Assembly: GCA_964463155.1 (NCBI GenBank) | Contig: CAYXAY010000014.1 | Span: forward strand, 1 to 16,987 | Length of the DNA: 16,987 nucleotides | Reading direction: 5' to 3' | DNA from: an uncultured archaeon | Lineage (GTDB): Archaea; Iainarchaeota; Iainarchaeia; Iainarchaeales; CSSED10-239 | Shown: piece by piece, positions 14,468-16,987 of the stretch | How positions within the stretch are numbered: the stretch's first letter is position 1 | Layout of the letters: each line of letters begins with the position of its first letter | Made by a program: the position numbers and the translations under genes | The notes under the pieces: model-generated | The model's database searches: none | What the model was told of the DNA's origin: nothing | What the model saw: the letters and a program-made list of their open reading frames with translations, nothing else

Positions 14468-15672
14468 ATAGCAATAAAACAAAACTTAGTGGTCTAAAGA
14501 AGATACTTGTCGGAATGCAGATGCTTTTTGTGGCGTTTGGTGCTGTTGTTCTTGTTCCTTTGCTTGTCGGCATTGATCCTGCAATCGCTCTTTTTACTGC
14601 AGGCTGTGGAACATTAATCTTTCATTTGATTACAAGAGGGAAAGTTCCTGTTTTTTTAGGAAGCTCTTTTGTGTTTATTGCTCCAGTCATTAAGGCAACA
14701 GAACTCTATGGCTTTCCTGGAACTTTTGGAGGACTTATGGCTGTTGGTGTTGTTTATATGACAATGTCTTTTATAGTAAGGAAAAAAGGAATCGCTTTTG
14801 TTCAAAAACTTTTCCCACCAATTGTTGTTGGACCAGTAATTATGATTATTGGTCTTTCCCTTGCTGGTGTTGGAGTAACAATGGCAAGCAAAAACTGGCT
14901 TCTTGCTATCATTGCCTTACTTACTGCGATTTTTGTTGTAATCTTTGGTAAAGGGACAATAAGGCTTTTGCCAGTAATTATTGGAATAATTGTTAGTTAT
15001 ATTGTTGCTGTAATATTGGGACTTGTTGACTTTACAAAACTTATTAATGCTCCGTGGTTTTCTGTTCCTTCATTTAGTATGCCTGTTTTTAATATTCATG
15101 CAATCTTGTTTTTGATACCTGTTGCTGTTGCTCCAATCATTGAACATATTGGAGACATGTATGCAATTTCTAAAGCAACAAACAATAATTTTGTAAAAAA
15201 ACCTGGAATCCACAGGACCCTTCTTGGAGATGGACTTGCAACTTTCTTTTCAGGGTTTGTTGGAGGGACACCAACAACAACTTACTCTGAAGTAACTGGT
15301 GCAATAATCTTAACAAAAATAACTGATCCTGTTATCTTAAGGATTGCTGCAATTACTGCTATTTGCTTTGCGTTCCTTGGAAAGATTACTGGTTTTTTAT
15401 ACACTATACCTGAAGCAATACTCGGGGGAGTTATGATTCTATTGTTTGGAATGATTAGTATTGTTGGAATCAAATCTCTAGTAGAATCAAGAACAAACAT
15501 GAACAACACAAAGAACATGGTGGTTGTTGGGATAATGCTTAGTATTGGTGTTGGCGGAGCCTTAATTGGTCTTGGAAATTTTGTTTTAACTGGAATTGCT
15601 CTTGCAAGCATTGTTGGAATAACATTTAATCTAGTATTGCCTGACAAAGAAAAAGATCTAAGAAATATTTAA
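14464..15672 (+). CDS. uraA: Uracil permease (NCS2/NAT nucleobase:cation symporter family)
   Basis: 402-aa polytopic ORF that aligns by eye along its whole length with E. coli UraA. MQMLFVAFGAVVLVPLLVG matches LQHLFAMFGATVLVPVLF. VPVFLGSSFVFIAPV matches IPAYLGSSFAFISPV. IIEHIGD matches IAEHVGH. TTTYSEVTG matches NTTYGENIG. Its ATG overlaps the porB stop (ATGA, 14464-14467). Confidence 0.93.
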   Translation: MNSNKTKLSGLKKILVGMQMLFVAFGAVVLVPLLVGIDPAIALFTAGCGTLIFHLITRGKVPVFLGSSFVFIAPVIKATELYGFPGTFGGLMAVGVVYMTMSFIVRKKGIAFVQKLFPPIVVGPVIMIIGLSLAGVGVTMASKNWLLAIIALLTAIFVVIFGKGTIRLLPVIIGIIVSYIVAVILGLVDFTKLINAPWFSVPSFSMPVFNIHAILFLIPVAVAPIIEHIGDMYAISKATNNNFVKKPGIHRTLLGDGLATFFSGFVGGTPTTTYSEVTGAIILTKITDPVILRIAAITAICFAFLGKITGFLYTIPEAILGGVMILLFGMISIVGIKSLVESRTNMNNTKNMVVVGIMLSIGVGGALIGLGNFVLTGIALASIVGITFNLVLPDKEKDLRNI

Positions 15673-15696
15673 TTAGAATTATTTAAAAAACACAAA

Positions 15697-15915
15697 TTAT
15701 CTTTTAGTATTCCAATTTGGTCTTTGTCTAACTTTTAGTTCATCTAAAAAAGGCGTTTTTCTCCTTTTTCTGATTTTTCTAATTCCTTCAAGCTCTTCGT
15801 GACTTAGATTATCTAAATCTTTCAAACTAATTGCGTTTGCATCATGTCTTAGATTACTTAGATTTTGTTTTTCTCTTCTTAATTGCGGTTTTACCCTTGC
15901 GGTTATTCCTGGCAT
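15697..15915 (-). CDS. Small basic hypothetical protein (72 aa) co-oriented with and immediately downstream of top6A
   Basis: The ATG at 15913-15915 lies 18 nt after the top6A stop, with a GGAG tract (plus-strand ctcc, 15927-15930) 11 nt upstream. The protein is Arg/Lys-rich (RKIRKRRKT, KVRQRPNWNTKR). I recognise no family. Confidence 0.5.
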   Translation of the reverse strand: MPGITARVKPQLRREKQNLSNLRHDANAISLKDLDNLSHEELEGIRKIRKRRKTPFLDELKVRQRPNWNTKR

Positions 15916-15933
15916 ATTGTTTCAAACTCCTTT

Positions 15934-16987
15934 TTATAAAAATATTTCTTTTCCAATTTTTTCTGGAAGATATTTCTTAGCAACAAAGTCAAGAGACTTG
16001 TTTGCTAGAGCCTGTTGCTCTATTCTGATTTTTTTATCAATTGCAAGCTTTAGTTCTGCTTGCCACTCCTTTGACTTGAACCAATCATAGTTCATTAGCT
16101 CTTTTGCTCTCTTAACATCTCCATCTTTCATTTTTTCAGTAACATTTTGTAGACCGTAAGTGTCAACATCTGTTAAAGTCATACCAACATACTTTGCATC
16201 AGGAACAGCCATATATTTGGAGTGCGCAGCAAGAGCCATTGATCCACTCTTGATTACAGAATAAATATACCAACCATATGGATCTCCATCAGTAAACACA
16301 ACAACTGGAAGATCATATTCGTATCTTAATCTGTGAATTAATCTTCTTGCACCTCTTGCTGCTTGACCAGATGTTCCTACAAGTATTGCATTGTGCTCTC
16401 TTGCATATTTTTCCTCAATAAGTCGGTTATACATTGCTGCAGTCTCAATAACAAGCACCATGTCAGCATTAACATCAACAATCTCAACTTCTTCTGGCTC
16501 AATCCTTGACATTATGCTCCAGCCACCTCTTCCAAGAGAATTGCAATTGAAGACGTCGTTGTCGTGTTTAAGGTCTTTAAGAGTTATGTCTCCGTAAAGA
16601 GAACCTTTTGCTTCAGCATGAAGCCCTAATTTTTCTCTTATAGTGTTAACTGCGTGTTCAACATCAACAATTACTTCGTCTGATTCTGTTTGTGCTTCAA
16701 ATGTGTTTTCTTTAGTGTTTGCAACTGTTCTTTTAAGTTCATAATAGATTTCTCTTATTGATGCTGTTTTTCCTTCTTTTAGATATTCATTACATTTGTC
16801 GTTAACAAGCATTGTTTGCATGAACTTACGAGCAGCACCAAGATTTAAAAAAGGTCTTGTGACCTTCTTGTCTCCAAGCTGTATATATTTTTTATCTTCA
16901 TCAAAATAAACATTACTAAGCCCCCTTACCTTTGTTGTAAAGGTTGGAGAGGTTCCTCTTTTTATTTGATCCACAATATTTTTTGCA
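15934..16987 (-). CDS. top6A: DNA topoisomerase VI subunit A (Spo11 family), with the 5' end probably beyond the window edge
   Basis: REIYYEL carries the catalytic-Tyr region. The Toprim domain has MVLVIETAAMYNRL (Glu) and VVFTDGDPYGWYIY (DxD). The first in-window start candidate is GTG at 16972-16974, but the frame stays open to 16987 (..AKNIV-DQIKRG). Homologs usually have about 15-30 more N-terminal residues, so the gene likely continues off-window. Confidence 0.93.
   Translation of the reverse strand, partial: AKNIVDQIKRGTSPTFTTKVRGLSNVYFDEDKKYIQLGDKKVTRPFLNLGAARKFMQTMLVNDKCNEYLKEGKTASIREIYYELKRTVANTKENTFEAQTESDEVIVDVEHAVNTIREKLGLHAEAKGSLYGDITLKDLKHDNDVFNCNSLGRGGWSIMSRIEPEEVEIVDVNADMVLVIETAAMYNRLIEEKYAREHNAILVGTSGQAARGARRLIHRLRYEYDLPVVVFTDGDPYGWYIYSVIKSGSMALAAHSKYMAVPDAKYVGMTLTDVDTYGLQNVTEKMKDGDVKRAKELMNYDWFKSKEWQAELKLAIDKKIRIEQQALANKSLDFVAKKYLPEKIGKEIFL

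Noticed and set aside
1-16987. CRISPR arrays, insertion sequences, prophage or defence-system genes
   Set aside because: No regularly spaced repeats are visible. No transposase, integrase, nuclease-helicase or toxin-antitoxin-like ORFs are present. The only long exact repeat is the 89-nt block internal to the tandem paralogs.

Overview
This is an AT-rich archaeal chromosomal window. RadA, Mre11, topoisomerase VI subunit A, pyruvate:ferredoxin oxidoreductase (POR) and the ADP-forming acetyl-CoA synthetase alpha subunit together indicate Archaea. The compact, lysine-rich, start/stop-overlapping genes suggest a small-genome, possibly DPANN-like lineage, but that is inference only. I support 21 protein-coding genes and one tRNA-Cys(GCA). 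In order they are: radA; a truncated-architecture PEP-utilizing (PpsA/PPDK-like) protein; tRNA-Cys; mre11; an ArsR-led Fe-S assembly operon (ArsR, cysteine desulfurase, IscU, DUF1858-like protein); a two-gene membrane/surface module; acdA divergent from a POR operon; a uracil permease; and a small basic ORF downstream of top6A, which runs off the right edge. I saw no CRISPR array, transposase, integrase or rRNA. The most unusual feature is the POR operon. Instead of contiguous porG-porD-porA-porB, it reads porG-porD-[HD hydrolase]-porA-[two tandem paralogs of unknown function]-porB-[uracil permease], and nearly every junction is an ATGA/GTGA start-stop overlap. The two unknown paralogs are only moderately similar overall, yet they share an 89-nt block of perfect nucleotide identity. 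They carry weak phosphoribosyltransferase-like motifs. With the HD nucleotidase-like gene and the uracil permease, this suggests a nucleobase/nucleotide salvage module embedded in a central energy-metabolism operon; this is a hypothesis. Secondary observations are a GC-rich, possibly structured RNA island in the radA/pps-like intergenic region, a PEP-utilizing protein lacking the TIM-barrel domain, a Cys-bearing ArsR regulator heading a leaderless Fe-S operon, and a small Shine-Dalgarno (SD)-preceded ORF where top6B might be expected.
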